64,000 nt of DNA, taken from NCBI GenBank assembly GCA_963799485.1, contig CAWCXJ010000010.1, positions 9,357 to 73,356 on the forward strand. The letters are read 5' to 3'. This document shows positions 31,263 to 40,975 of this stretch, one piece after another; position 1 is the first letter of the stretch, and the number at the start of each line of letters is the position of its first letter. The DNA is from an uncultured Trueperaceae bacterium (GTDB taxonomy: Bacteria; Deinococcota; Deinococci; Deinococcales; Trueperaceae). Below the pieces are notes generated by a model. The model saw nothing but the letters and a program-made list of their open reading frames with translations, ran no database searches and had not been told where the DNA came from. The position numbers and the translations under genes are program-made.

Positions 31263-31937
31263 TCAGTGCTTGCCGCTCTCGGCAAGTTCGCGCAGCGCCG
31301 AATCGTCGATATGCGTCACACGCCGCTGCGACAAGGTAATGACCCCCGACTGATGAAGCCGTGAGAGGTTGCGGCTGACGAGTTCCGGGACGGTGCCGAG
31401 CCGCGCGGCGACGGTCGCGTTCGCCTCCAACTCGAGCGGCAAACCGTCAGCGGCGCGCTCTAAAAGGTAGCTGGCTAAGCGGTGGACGACCTCTTGAAAA
31501 GAGAGCTGTTCGACCAGACCGACGAGTCGGCGAAGGCGCTGCCCGAGCGTCCGCACGAGGTGCAGCGAGACCTCGGGCCGCGCGCGGAGCACGCCGAGAA
31601 AAGCCTGCTGCTCTAAAAACAGCGTTTCGGTCTCCGTAACCGCCTGCGCGTTCGCCGGATAGCTGCCGCCGTCGAGCGAGGGTAACTCGGCAACTGCGTT
31701 ATAGGGGTGCTCGACGGTCAAGATCACTTCGCGCCCCGTTTGCGCCGACAACACGAAAATCTTGACCTGCCCGCTGGTAACGATGTTGAGCCCTGCCGGG
31801 CTTTCATTGGCCAGGAAGAGCAGTTCACCCGACCGGTAGCGGCGGCGCACCGTAATAGCGGCGAGCGCCTCCAAATCACTTTGCTGAAGTGGCGCAAAAA
31901 GGGGGCAGTGGGCGAGCAGTTCGGCGGGGCTTAGCAC
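31263..31937 (-). CDS. Crp/Fnr family transcriptional regulator (DNR-like, no FNR Cys cluster)
   Basis: PLFAPL, GQVKI, GREVIL, AEL...YPANA, HRLASYLL, AARLGTVPELVSRNL. Confidence 0.93.
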   Translation of the reverse strand: MLSPAELLAHCPLFAPLQQSDLEALAAITVRRRYRSGELLFLANESPAGLNIVTSGQVKIFVLSAQTGREVILTVEHPYNAVAELPSLDGGSYPANAQAVTETETLFLEQQAFLGVLRARPEVSLHLVRTLGQRLRRLVGLVEQLSFQEVVHRLASYLLERAADGLPLELEANATVAARLGTVPELVSRNLSRLHQSGVITLSQRRVTHIDDSALRELAESGKH

Positions 31938-31976
31938 CGTTTTAGCTTACCCCCGCACAAGCGGGCAAACACATCG

Positions 31977-32021
31977 CCTTGACTTGAGTCATGGCCTCCA
32001 AAACCCCGGCGCTGCTATTTT
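31977..32021 (+). promoter_or_regulatory. Crp/Fnr-type palindrome plus extended -10 for the ba3 operon
   Basis: CCTTGAC-TTGA-GTCATGG (31977-31994) and TGCTATTTT (32013-32021); class II activator spacing. Confidence 0.6.
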
Positions 32022-32134
32022 CAAATCTTGGCAGCTTGGGGCCGGTAGCACCGGTAATCCGTAGCACCGGTAATCCAAAAGAGGGATGACGCTAGGTGGA
32101 CGCACCGTTACCCTTAGCTCAGCGGAGGTAGATT

Positions 32135-32314
32135 TTGACCGACAATCACCCGGATAAACGCATAGACCAACCTACCGATGAACCGAACGCGCCCGGCGAA
32201 ACCGATTCGGCAGCCTCGGCCCCACGCGGCGCAATTTTTATTACCACGTTTCTGACCGTAGTCATCTTGGTGTTCTGGTTCGGCACCTACATTCTCAGTC
32301 TAGTGCGGGGCTGA
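32135..32314 (+). CDS. cbaD: ba3-type cytochrome c oxidase small subunit IIa (59 aa, missing from the ORF track)
   Basis: TTG start after GGAGG; C-terminus PRGAIFITTFLTVVILVFWFGTYILSLVRG resembles Thermus subunit IIa. Confidence 0.88.
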   Translation: MTDNHPDKRIDQPTDEPNAPGETDSAASAPRGAIFITTFLTVVILVFWFGTYILSLVRG

Positions 32315-32317
32315 GCG

Positions 32318-33322
32318 GTGGCGCAACAACCCAATTCTGAAGAACATCACGAGCTTGCACTCGAGCACAAACAGCACGAGGCCATCGCCCGCTGGGAACG
32401 CCGCTGGCTAAATATTGCCGGGCTGCTACTGGCGATGTTCGTGATTCTCATCGCCTATTCGCTGGCAACCCAGGGCGCGCAGATCGCGCAGCGGAGCGGG
32501 CGCACCACCCCGGAAAAGCTGACGAGCCTCGAGCTGTTCGCCAATCCCGGTGTTGAAATTACCGATTTCGGGGCCGGGCGACCGACCAAGGCTCGCGTTA
32601 CGGTCGTCGCGCAGGCGTGGAGCTTCAACCCGGCAGAAATCGTCTTGCCCGCCGGAGCCGTCACAACTTTTTACCTGACGAGCCGCGACGTGCTGCACGG
32701 CTTTCAGGTCGAAGGCACCGACATCAACGTCGAACTCATTCCCGGCGAGATTTCGACGCTCAGCTACACCTTCGACAAACCCGGCGTCTACCGCACCACC
32801 TGCAACGAGTACTGCGGTTTTGGGCACCAGAACATGCTGGGCGTCGTGCGCGTCGTCGCTCCCGGCGAATTGGCTCAGGAGTCCGCCCGCGCCGCTGCTG
32901 CGGCCCCATCCGGTACAGAAGCCGCTGACGATGTTGGCGAAAGTGTTTACACGACCAACTGCGTCTCGTGTCATCAGGCAAACGGTCAGGGGGTAGCAGG
33001 CGCTTTTCCGCCGCTGGCGGGGCACGCCGTAAAACTTTTTCAGGCCGAGCGTTCGTATTTACCCAAACTGCTGCTCAACGGTTTGGAAGGCCAAATTTCC
33101 GTCGGTGGGAATGCCTACAACGGTCAGATGCCCGCATGGGCGCAGCTCTCGGACGAAGAGCTTGCCGGAACCCTCAACTACGTTTTGAATTCGTGGGGCA
33201 ACGGGGCGGAACTGCCGGACTTCGAGCCCTACACCGCCGAGGAGATTGCGCCTTTTCGTGACGAAACTTTGAGTGCTCAGGATATCTATAAACTTCGTCA
33301 GACCTTGAAGCTCAATGACTAA
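32318..33322 (+). CDS. cbaB: ba3-type oxidase subunit II (CuA) fused to C-terminal cytochrome c552-like domain
   Basis: DVLHGF...CNEYCGFGHQNM CuA motif; CVSCHQANGQG...FPPLAGH...YNGQM. Confidence 0.92.
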   Translation: MAQQPNSEEHHELALEHKQHEAIARWERRWLNIAGLLLAMFVILIAYSLATQGAQIAQRSGRTTPEKLTSLELFANPGVEITDFGAGRPTKARVTVVAQAWSFNPAEIVLPAGAVTTFYLTSRDVLHGFQVEGTDINVELIPGEISTLSYTFDKPGVYRTTCNEYCGFGHQNMLGVVRVVAPGELAQESARAAAAAPSGTEAADDVGESVYTTNCVSCHQANGQGVAGAFPPLAGHAVKLFQAERSYLPKLLLNGLEGQISVGGNAYNGQMPAWAQLSDEELAGTLNYVLNSWGNGAELPDFEPYTAEEIAPFRDETLSAQDIYKLRQTLKLND

Positions 33323-33351
33323 ATCTAACCACCGTTCTGAAAGGACGTTCT

Positions 33352-35028
33352 ATGGCTGTTAGCACCATCTCCCCAAGCCGCGCAGCGCTCGCTTACCCCG
33401 AAAAACGCGTCACGCTGGCCTTTTTGATTACCGGACTTTTAGCGCTGCTCGTCGGTGCGCTGCTCGGGCCGCTGCAAGCGCTCAACTATGCGGGGATCAA
33501 CGTCTACGAGTATTTTCCGTTTTTGCAGTCGTACTATCAGGGGTTGACGCTTCACGGGGTGCTGAACGCGCTCGTTTTTACCACGTTTTTTATCAGCGGG
33601 CTGATGCTTTATCTGCCTGCCAGGGAACTGGGGATGCGCCCCGACATGACCTTCGTCTGGGGGTCGTACTGGACGATGCTGGGGGGGCTCGTGCTGGCGG
33701 GCGCAGCAGTTATCTCCAACACCTCGTCGGTGCTCTACACCTTTTACCCACCGCTCAAGGGCCACTGGGCGTTTTACGTCGGGCTTTCACTCGTCGTGGT
33801 GGCGAGTACGGCAGTCGGCTTCGAGGTGATTCGGATGCGCGCGCGCTGGAAACGCCTCAATCCCGGACGGGTCACACCGCTCGTGACTTACATGTGCGTC
33901 GTCACCTGGCTGATGTGGTGGCTCGCCTCGACCGGCATCATCGTCGAGATGGTTTTTTTACTCATCCCCTGGTCGCTCGGTCTGGTGAACGGCGTCGACC
34001 CGCTTCTGGCTCGCACGCTCTTCTGGTTTACGGGGCACCCCATCGTCTACTTCTGGGTTTTACCCGCTTACGTCTCGTGGTACGGCTTTTTGCCTAAGCA
34101 GGCCGGGGGTGAACTGGTTTCGGATTCGCTGGCCCGCTTAGCCTTCATCATGTTTTTGCTCTTTTCGACGCCGGTCGGGTTTCACCACCAGTTTACCGAC
34201 CCCGGCATCCCGGCAGCGTGGAAGGTCATTCACTCGCTCCTGACGGCGATGGTCGGGATTCCCAGTTTGCTGACGGCTTTTACGGTGGCGGCGTCTTTAG
34301 AGATTGGCGGTCGGCGGCGCGGCGGCAAGGGCGTTCTCGGCTGGATTGCCAAACTGCCGTGGGGGAGTGCCCCTCTTACCGCGCAGGTGCTGGCGATGAC
34401 CTCGTTTATCTTCGGCGGGGCCGGGGGTATTGTGTTGTCGTCGTTTAACCTCAACATTTTGGTTCACAACACTGCCTGGATACCGGGGCACTTTCACATT
34501 ACGGTCGGGACGGCCACGACCCTGACGTTTTTCGGCCTCACCTTCTGGTTGGTGCCGCACCTCACCCGGAGGCCGCTCTTTTCAAATCGGCTGGCCCTCT
34601 GCGCCAGCTGGTTCTGGTTCGTCGGGATGATGGTGTTTGCACTTGGAATGCACTGGCAGGGCTACTTGGGGGTGCCGCGCCGCGCGCAGATTTCCAACCT
34701 GTCGCCCGAAAACGCGGGAGCCTACGCGAACGCTGCGGTGCCGCAAGCGATTACCGGCGTCAGCGGCGTTATCTTGCTGGTTGCCATCATCCTTTACTTT
34801 ACGGTGCTTTTCGGGACGCTCTTCTCGAGAAAAAGTCTGGCAGCAGACACACCGCCTATTCCCTTTTCCAGCACCGTAGCGCTGCGTAGCGAAGGCGTCA
34901 TGCGCGTCCTCGACAACCTGACGGCGTGGTTTGTGCTGGCCTGTTTGCTCGTCGCCGTCGCCTACGGCCCGACCCTCATTGCGATGATTTTCGACCAGGT
35001 GCCGCTGCCGGGCCTGCGCCTCTGGTAA
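33352..35028 (+). CDS. cbaA: B-family (ba3-type) heme-copper oxidase subunit I
   Basis: YYQGLTLHGVLNA, YTFYPPL, GHPIVYFW, GFHHQF.DPGI, HNTAWIPGHFH, GVPRRA. Confidence 0.95.
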   Translation: MAVSTISPSRAALAYPEKRVTLAFLITGLLALLVGALLGPLQALNYAGINVYEYFPFLQSYYQGLTLHGVLNALVFTTFFISGLMLYLPARELGMRPDMTFVWGSYWTMLGGLVLAGAAVISNTSSVLYTFYPPLKGHWAFYVGLSLVVVASTAVGFEVIRMRARWKRLNPGRVTPLVTYMCVVTWLMWWLASTGIIVEMVFLLIPWSLGLVNGVDPLLARTLFWFTGHPIVYFWVLPAYVSWYGFLPKQAGGELVSDSLARLAFIMFLLFSTPVGFHHQFTDPGIPAAWKVIHSLLTAMVGIPSLLTAFTVAASLEIGGRRRGGKGVLGWIAKLPWGSAPLTAQVLAMTSFIFGGAGGIVLSSFNLNILVHNTAWIPGHFHITVGTATTLTFFGLTFWLVPHLTRRPLFSNRLALCASWFWFVGMMVFALGMHWQGYLGVPRRAQISNLSPENAGAYANAAVPQAITGVSGVILLVAIILYFTVLFGTLFSRKSLAADTPPIPFSSTVALRSEGVMRVLDNLTAWFVLACLLVAVAYGPTLIAMIFDQVPLPGLRLW

Positions 35029-35038
35029 GGAGCGTAAA

Positions 35039-35524
35039 ATGACGCTGCTGCTCTCTTCAGTCGTTTCCGGACTTATCGGTACAGCGGTGATGATCGTATT
35101 TCTCTATTTGCCACGGATTTGGCAGGGGCTTTACTACGACACGCTGGGCGCGCTCGGTTCGATGTTGCTGGACGAGGTAGATACCCGCTCACGTATCGTG
35201 GGAACCGTGCTGCTACTCATCGGCGGCGTGGTCTTCGCCTTTTTTTACGGCTGGTACGCGCTGATGTTTATCGGGGGGCCGTTCGCGGCCCCGAATTACA
35301 CCATCTTTTCCGGTTCGCTGGCTCTGAATTTGTTTTACCCGCTGTTCGGTCTCATCGCCGGATTTTGTCAGGGCATTTTTATTACGCTGATTACGACTTT
35401 CGTCATCGTCGACCATCATCCGGTGGAGCGCTACCGGCAGTTTTATCCGCTCATCTTGTCGTTTATCATCGGGCACAGCGTTTACGGCGTGACGGTGATG
35501 ACCTTGCAAAGCGTGTTCTTGTAA
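35039..35524 (+). CDS. Hypothetical multi-pass membrane protein in the ba3 operon
   Basis: About four hydrophobic helices; AAGGAG RBS; His residues (DHHP, GHSVYG). Confidence 0.8.
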   Translation: MTLLLSSVVSGLIGTAVMIVFLYLPRIWQGLYYDTLGALGSMLLDEVDTRSRIVGTVLLLIGGVVFAFFYGWYALMFIGGPFAAPNYTIFSGSLALNLFYPLFGLIAGFCQGIFITLITTFVIVDHHPVERYRQFYPLILSFIIGHSVYGVTVMTLQSVFL

Positions 35525-35777
35525 CTCTCAGCAGCGGGGCGCGTGCCGCGACTTGGTTTAAGACTGAGTTATCAGCTGGATTTTGGCAATTGTGGCGTCG
35601 ACTAAAGTTCAAGCCGTATCATCTTGGTCATCGGGTGCCTGCTTCACTTGCGCCGACCTTTCGTATACCGGTTATATACCGAGCTTTTGAGGCGAGGTTT
35701 GACTGTATACTGCGCCTTTACCGAAGACTTTAGGCAACGCTACAGCACCCCGGAGCCATAAACGATAGAAATAAAAG

Positions 35778-36935
35778 ATGGACTTACCAACTAAAGAAGA
35801 CCTCAAAACGCTGAGTGAAGCCGACCGTGGCGTTTGCGTCACGCTCTATCTGCCGACCCACGAAGCGGGCGCGGCGACCCGTGAAAACGCCATTCGCTTT
35901 AAGAACCGGGTGCAGGAAGCGGCGGCGCGTTTAGGTGAGCGCGGTTACGACGACCGGGACGTAGATCAGCTGCTAGGCCCGGCCCAGCAGCTGATAGAAG
36001 ACAACAATTTCTGGCAGCACCAGCGCAAAGGGCTGGTGCTGTTTCTCGCAGCGGGTGAGCGGTTTCAGTATAAATTGCCGGTTGCGCCCGAAGAGCTGAC
36101 GGTCGTATCAGACCGTTTTCACCTCAAACCGCTCTTGCCGCTCCTTATCGGCGACGGGCGTTTTTACATTTTGGCGGTAACGCTTAATAAAGTGCGGCTC
36201 TTGGAGGCCACCCGCTACAACGTCAGTGAGATACCTTTAGGCGATACGCCGACCAGTATGGCGGAAGCGCTACGCTTTGACGACGAGGCTGAACCGACGC
36301 TACGCGCCTACGCGACTGCCGGCAGCGGCAGCGGTACCCCGTTACAAGCGCAAGGTGCCGAGGAAGTCGACCGCAAAGAGGACATCTTGCGCTTTTTTAC
36401 CGTACTCGACAACGGCCTCCGGAAACTCTTGGAACCTCGAGGCGACCGTATCCCGGTGGTTTTTGTCGGCAACGTGACGAACTTTCCCATCTATCAGGAG
36501 GCGAACCACTACAACGGCCTGATGGAAGGTTTTGTCGAGGACAACCCCGAAGTGCTGAGTGATGAGGCGCTGCACAAACGCGCGTGGGAAATCGTCGCAC
36601 CGCACTTTGGTGAGCGGCGTGAAAAAGACGCGGAAGCGTTCAGGGCCACGCAGGGCACAGACCCGGAACGTGCCGCCAGCGACCTTGAAGGCGTGTTGCC
36701 AGCTTCATACGACAGCCGCGTGCAGACGCTTTTTGTCCCGCTCCACCAGCACCGCTGGGGGCGCTACGACCCCGAAGCTCGTACTGTAGAGTTTCACGAT
36801 GGGCTGGACGGGGAAAGCCACGACCTCTACGACCTCGCCGCCGTTCACACGCTGCTTAACGGCGGGACGGTTTACGCTGTCGAACCCGCCGAGGTTCCGG
36901 GGGAAGGTGAAGTGGCAGCGGTTTACCGCTTTTAA
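35778..36935 (+). CDS. Bacterial archaeo-eukaryotic release factor family protein (baeRF, Balon-like)
   Basis: CVTLYLPTH...NAIRFKN, FWQHQ.KGLVLF, FHLKPLLP, SRVQTLFV, DL.DLAAVHTLLNGGTVY. Confidence 0.8.
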   Translation: MDLPTKEDLKTLSEADRGVCVTLYLPTHEAGAATRENAIRFKNRVQEAAARLGERGYDDRDVDQLLGPAQQLIEDNNFWQHQRKGLVLFLAAGERFQYKLPVAPEELTVVSDRFHLKPLLPLLIGDGRFYILAVTLNKVRLLEATRYNVSEIPLGDTPTSMAEALRFDDEAEPTLRAYATAGSGSGTPLQAQGAEEVDRKEDILRFFTVLDNGLRKLLEPRGDRIPVVFVGNVTNFPIYQEANHYNGLMEGFVEDNPEVLSDEALHKRAWEIVAPHFGERREKDAEAFRATQGTDPERAASDLEGVLPASYDSRVQTLFVPLHQHRWGRYDPEARTVEFHDGLDGESHDLYDLAAVHTLLNGGTVYAVEPAEVPGEGEVAAVYRF

Positions 36936-36969
36936 TAGGTTTCAGCGGCACGCACCGTAAAAATGCCGC

Positions 36970-38088
36970 GTGCCGCACACGTTTGGCAGCGGATACGGGG
37001 TTACGATAGTTCGTCACAACAGTTTGGTTTTACGGGGGAGTATCTTGCGCTCAGCTACAGGCACCAGAACGCTGCTCGCGGTTATCGCCGTCGTCGCAGG
37101 CTTCGCGGCGCTCAAGGTAACGCAGCCCGTCACGCTGCCGCTGGCTTTTGCGGTGGTGCTGCTGCTGTTTTTCAGACCGCTACAGGTCTGGTTGGAGGCA
37201 CGTTTACCGCGCTGGGCCGGCCCGCTGCTGATTATGCTTATCGTGCTGGGCCTCCTCGCGCTCGCTGCGCTGGCGGTAAGTTACAGCGTGTCAATCATCG
37301 CCCCCGAAGTGCCGCGCTACGCCGAGGAGTTAAGACCCCGGTTGGAGAGCTTGCGGAACCGCTTGCAAGGTCTCGGGCTTTCCCTACCGTCTTTAGGTGA
37401 GAATAGTGGCGGTGGAAATAGCAGTAGCGGTGGGAGCAGCCAGCTTTTGAGCGGCCTCGCCAGCGGTCTGGGTTCATTTTTTTCGGCGCTCAGCTTAGCG
37501 GTGCTGACGCTCGTGACACTGACCTTTTTGCTGACCGAAGCCGGAGACTACCGTAAAAAGCTTACGCAGGGCACCTTTCCCGGAGACGATGACCAGCGGG
37601 TACTCGACGCGTTTTCCAAGATGACCGGCAAGTTTTCGCGTTACTTTCTGGTGCAAGCGCTCTCGAGCGTCGTCACCGGCATCCTGACCGGGCTCTACTG
37701 CTGGCTGCTCGGGGTCGAGTTTCCCTTTGTCTGGGGGCTCCTGGCGACGGTGCTCAACTTTGTCCCGACCATCGGCTCGGTTGTGGCAGTCGTGCCTCCT
37801 ACACTCTTTGCGCTGGCCTTTAGCGGCCCGACCACGGCACTTCTGGTTTTTTTAGGGTTGGGCGTTATTCAGTTTGTCATGGGAAACGTCTTCGACCCGG
37901 CGCTTCAGGGCAGCGCCTTACGACTTTCAGAAACCGTCGTGCTGCTCTCGGTCGTGTTCTGGGGTTGGCTCTGGGGCATCGGCGGCGCGTTTATTGCCGT
38001 GCCGCTCACCGCCGCTATCGTCTTGCTCTGTAACGAGTTCGAGGCGACCCGGCCCATTACGCGCTTGTTGAGTAAGCCTTCAAAATGA
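36970..38088 (+). CDS. AI-2E family transporter (start uncertain)
   Basis: LNFVPTIGS, GNVFDP..QG..L.LS...VLLSVVFWGWLWG..GAFIAVP. Confidence 0.9.
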   Translation: MPHTFGSGYGVTIVRHNSLVLRGSILRSATGTRTLLAVIAVVAGFAALKVTQPVTLPLAFAVVLLLFFRPLQVWLEARLPRWAGPLLIMLIVLGLLALAALAVSYSVSIIAPEVPRYAEELRPRLESLRNRLQGLGLSLPSLGENSGGGNSSSGGSSQLLSGLASGLGSFFSALSLAVLTLVTLTFLLTEAGDYRKKLTQGTFPGDDDQRVLDAFSKMTGKFSRYFLVQALSSVVTGILTGLYCWLLGVEFPFVWGLLATVLNFVPTIGSVVAVVPPTLFALAFSGPTTALLVFLGLGVIQFVMGNVFDPALQGSALRLSETVVLLSVVFWGWLWGIGGAFIAVPLTAAIVLLCNEFEATRPITRLLSKPSK

Positions 38089-38106
38089 GCTTGTAGCCAC
38101 AGCTTT

Positions 38107-38409
38107 TTGGGTGCGCCGGGGTTGTGGCTACTGCATTTTTTGCTCGCTTACGGCGTCAGTGAAGCTGCCTGTACCCCGGTAGGAACTCCGGCGGGTGCGA
38201 CGCACTTTATTCTCGCAGTCGGGACGGGCTTCTTTGCGCGCGGCAGCCTCGCCCCGACCTTTCTTGCCGCGCGCGTCAGGCGGCGGGCGCTCTCGCGCCG
38301 AGCCAAATACGACGACTTTTTGCCCAGGGTCGGCTTTGTGCAGGGGTCTTTGTTCACTTTTGCGCTGCCGCTCGAGGGTCTCGCCGCCTTTATCCTGCCG
38401 TGCCGCTAG
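38107..38409 (+). CDS. Hypothetical small membrane protein (start uncertain, possibly degenerate)
   Basis: GAPGLWLLHFLLAYGVSEAAC...ILPCR; hydrophobic segments. Confidence 0.55.
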   Translation: MGAPGLWLLHFLLAYGVSEAACTPVGTPAGATHFILAVGTGFFARGSLAPTFLAARVRRRALSRRAKYDDFLPRVGFVQGSLFTFALPLEGLAAFILPCR

Positions 38410-38436
38410 AAAGCTGTGCAGTGCTTGACCCTACAG

Positions 38437-40560
38437 CTACTGCGGTTCGACGCCGCGCAACACCGACAACTGACCGGCGGGCAAGATCAGGCTACTGCCG
38501 GCGTGAAGGGGCCGTGAGCGCCGCGTCCGTCCCGGCTCGGTTGCCCACAGTCGCTGCCAGAACCACCCCGAATGCGCGGGTACATCGGGCAAGATAAACC
38601 GCGCCGGACGTTTACCGTGAAAAAGAACCAGGTAGCTCTCATCGTTACGCCGCTCGATAAGGCCGTAGGGTATTTCTGAAGACGCCTCACCGCAGAGCAG
38701 CATCCCGAAGGCGCGTAGCCGTGGGTCATGCCAGTCGCCGTCATTCATCTCGCGCCCTTCCGGATGAACCCAGGTCACGTCGCGGCAGCCCTCATCGCCG
38801 CGTCCGGTTAAAAAGTGTCGCCGGCGAAAGATCGGGTGCGCTTTGCGAAAGGCGATCAGGTCGCGGGTAAAGTTGAGAAAACCCTGTTCACGCTCGTCCA
38901 AGTCCCAGTTAAACCAGCTGATGGCGTTGTCCTGGCAGTAGGCGTTGTTCGAGCCGCCCTGGGTACGCGAAAGCTCGTCGCCGCCCAAGAGCATCGGGAC
39001 ACCCTGCGACAAAAAGAGCGTCGCCAGAAAGGTGCGTTTACGCGTTTCACGGTTTTTAAGCACGGCAAGGTTGTCGGTTTCACCCTCGACGCCGCCGTTT
39101 TGCGAGTTGTTGTGATCCTCGCCGTCGCGGTTGCCCTCGCCGTTGGCCTCGTTGTGCTTGTAGTCGTACGAAACCAAATCTTGCAGCGTAAAGCCGTCGT
39201 GCGCGGTAATAAAGTTGACCGACGCCGACGGGTGCCGCCCGCCGTGGGCGTAAAGGTCGCTGCTGCCGGTGACGCGCGTAGCGAACTCGGCGGTCAAGCC
39301 CTCACCGCCATGCCAAAACGAACGGATGACGTCGCGGTAACGCCCGTTCCACTCCGACCAGTTCCAGGGAAACCCCCCGACCTGATAGCCGTTCGGCCCG
39401 ACGTCCCACGGTTCGGCGATAAGTTTGACCTGCGACAACACCGGGTCTTGTTCGATGGCCTGAAGCGCGAGCGAGCGCATATCGACGTCGTCCATGCCGC
39501 GCGCCAAAGACGACGCCAGATCGAAACGAAACCCGTCAACGTGCATCTCCTGAACCCAGTAGCGGAGCGAATCGGTGAGCAGCCGGACGACGGCGGGCTG
39601 CGCAGCGTCCAAAGTATTGCCCGTTCCGGTGTAGTCCATGTAGTAGCGGCGTTCGCCCGGTTTGGTCTTGTAGTACGAAACGTTGTCGACGCCCTTGTAC
39701 GAAAGCGTCGGCCCCAGCCGGTTGCCCTCGCCGGTATGGTTATAAACCACGTCGATAATGACCTCGAGCCCCGCGTTATGCAGCGCCCGCACCATCATCT
39801 TGAATTCGTCTACGGCCCTTTCAGGACGCGTCGCGTAACTCGGTTCGGGCGCGAAGTAGTTAAGCGGGTTATAGCCCCAGTAGTTCGACAAGCCTTTTTC
39901 GACCAGATAGTGATCGTTGGTAAACATCTGGACGGGCAGCAGCTCGACAGCCGTCACCCCGAGCGAAACGAGGTGCGCCAGAATCGGTTCCGAGGTCAGC
40001 CCCAAGTACGTGCCGCGCAGCTTTGGGTCGACTTCCGGATGAAGCTTGCTGATGCCTTTGACGTGCGCCTCGTAAATCACGGTATCTTCCCACGGTACCT
40101 GCGGGTGACGGTCGTCGCCCCAGGCAAACGCGTCCTCGACGACGACGCCCAAAGGGGCAAAAGGGGCGCTGTCGGCGTCGCTGTACGACTTGTCTTCGTT
40201 CTCGTCACCGATTTGGTAACCGAACAGTGCGTTGTCCCAGCGCAAGGTGCGCCCGAGCGCTTTCGCGTAGGGGTCTAGGAGCACCTTGTTCGGGTTGAAA
40301 CGGTGCCCGTTTTCCGGTTCGAAGGGGCCGTGAACCCGGTAGCCGTAAAGCTGACCCGGATAGACGCCCGTCAGGTAACCGTGCCAGACCGGGCCGGTGC
40401 GTTCGGGGAGAGAAAGCGTATAGGACGCTTTTTTGGCGTCGGGGCCACTGAAAAAGAGGAGTTCGACTTTGGTTGCGTGTTCGCTGTAGAGGGCAAAGTT
40501 GACGCCTAAACCGTCCCAGGTTGCGCCTAAAGGTGAGGGGGTGCCGGGTCTTAAGTTCAC
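38437..40560 (-). CDS. glgX: Glycogen debranching enzyme
   Basis: [62 protein letters not shown]. Confidence 0.96.
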   Translation of the reverse strand: MNLRPGTPSPLGATWDGLGVNFALYSEHATKVELLFFSGPDAKKASYTLSLPERTGPVWHGYLTGVYPGQLYGYRVHGPFEPENGHRFNPNKVLLDPYAKALGRTLRWDNALFGYQIGDENEDKSYSDADSAPFAPLGVVVEDAFAWGDDRHPQVPWEDTVIYEAHVKGISKLHPEVDPKLRGTYLGLTSEPILAHLVSLGVTAVELLPVQMFTNDHYLVEKGLSNYWGYNPLNYFAPEPSYATRPERAVDEFKMMVRALHNAGLEVIIDVVYNHTGEGNRLGPTLSYKGVDNVSYYKTKPGERRYYMDYTGTGNTLDAAQPAVVRLLTDSLRYWVQEMHVDGFRFDLASSLARGMDDVDMRSLALQAIEQDPVLSQVKLIAEPWDVGPNGYQVGGFPWNWSEWNGRYRDVIRSFWHGGEGLTAEFATRVTGSSDLYAHGGRHPSASVNFITAHDGFTLQDLVSYDYKHNEANGEGNRDGEDHNNSQNGGVEGETDNLAVLKNRETRKRTFLATLFLSQGVPMLLGGDELSRTQGGSNNAYCQDNAISWFNWDLDEREQGFLNFTRDLIAFRKAHPIFRRRHFLTGRGDEGCRDVTWVHPEGREMNDGDWHDPRLRAFGMLLCGEASSEIPYGLIERRNDESYLVLFHGKRPARFILPDVPAHSGWFWQRLWATEPGRTRRSRPLHAGSSLILPAGQLSVLRGVEPQ

Positions 40561-40804
40561 CCCGCTACTCTAACGTGCGCCGAGCTCAAACGACTGTGGC
40601 GCGGCATCGCATGAACTTTTTCGGTGCGCCCGTACAGGACACTATAAAAATAACGAAACGAAATTTGCTCGGCGGAGCGGTAGCTTTTGCAAGCGAAACG
40701 CGTTCCGGAGGGAACATACAGGCTTTATACAATTACCGGCTTCAGACAATCACCGGCTGAAGCGTGACCAAAAAAACGCGTGGATATACCTGCTGACGGT
40801 ACGC

Positions 40805-40833
40805 TTGTACTTTGTAAAACCAATCTTTATAAT
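40805..40833 (+). promoter_or_regulatory. Sigma70-type promoter upstream of the MarR gene
   Basis: TTGTAC-17 nt-TATAAT. Confidence 0.65.
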
Positions 40834-40975
40834 GGGTCAGCTCACCCGGGGGCAGCCTCGCGCCGCAACAGACGCTGCCACATACATATTAGGCTCGTCT
40901 TAGGCTCGCCGGAACCGTTAGGGGTAAAACGCTGATGCCACGCACCTCACCCACACTGCAAGCAGGAATACGCTA

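Noticed and set aside
31094..32076. Short direct repeats as a CRISPR array
   Set aside because: Only two copies of each, no spacers and no cas genes.
33352..35028. Subunit I as a nitric oxide reductase
   Set aside because: It retains the cross-linking Tyr in GHPIVYFW and the Thermus ba3-like motifs, which indicate a B-family O2 reductase.
38815..40278. 487-aa plus-strand ORF (likewise 2681-3577 and 41520-42428)
   Set aside because: Shadow frames opposite glgX, the GH13 gene and galK.
40834..40975. Riboswitch or sRNA in the MarR leader
   Set aside because: No recognisable aptamer or terminator; only weak hairpins and a 9-bp direct repeat.
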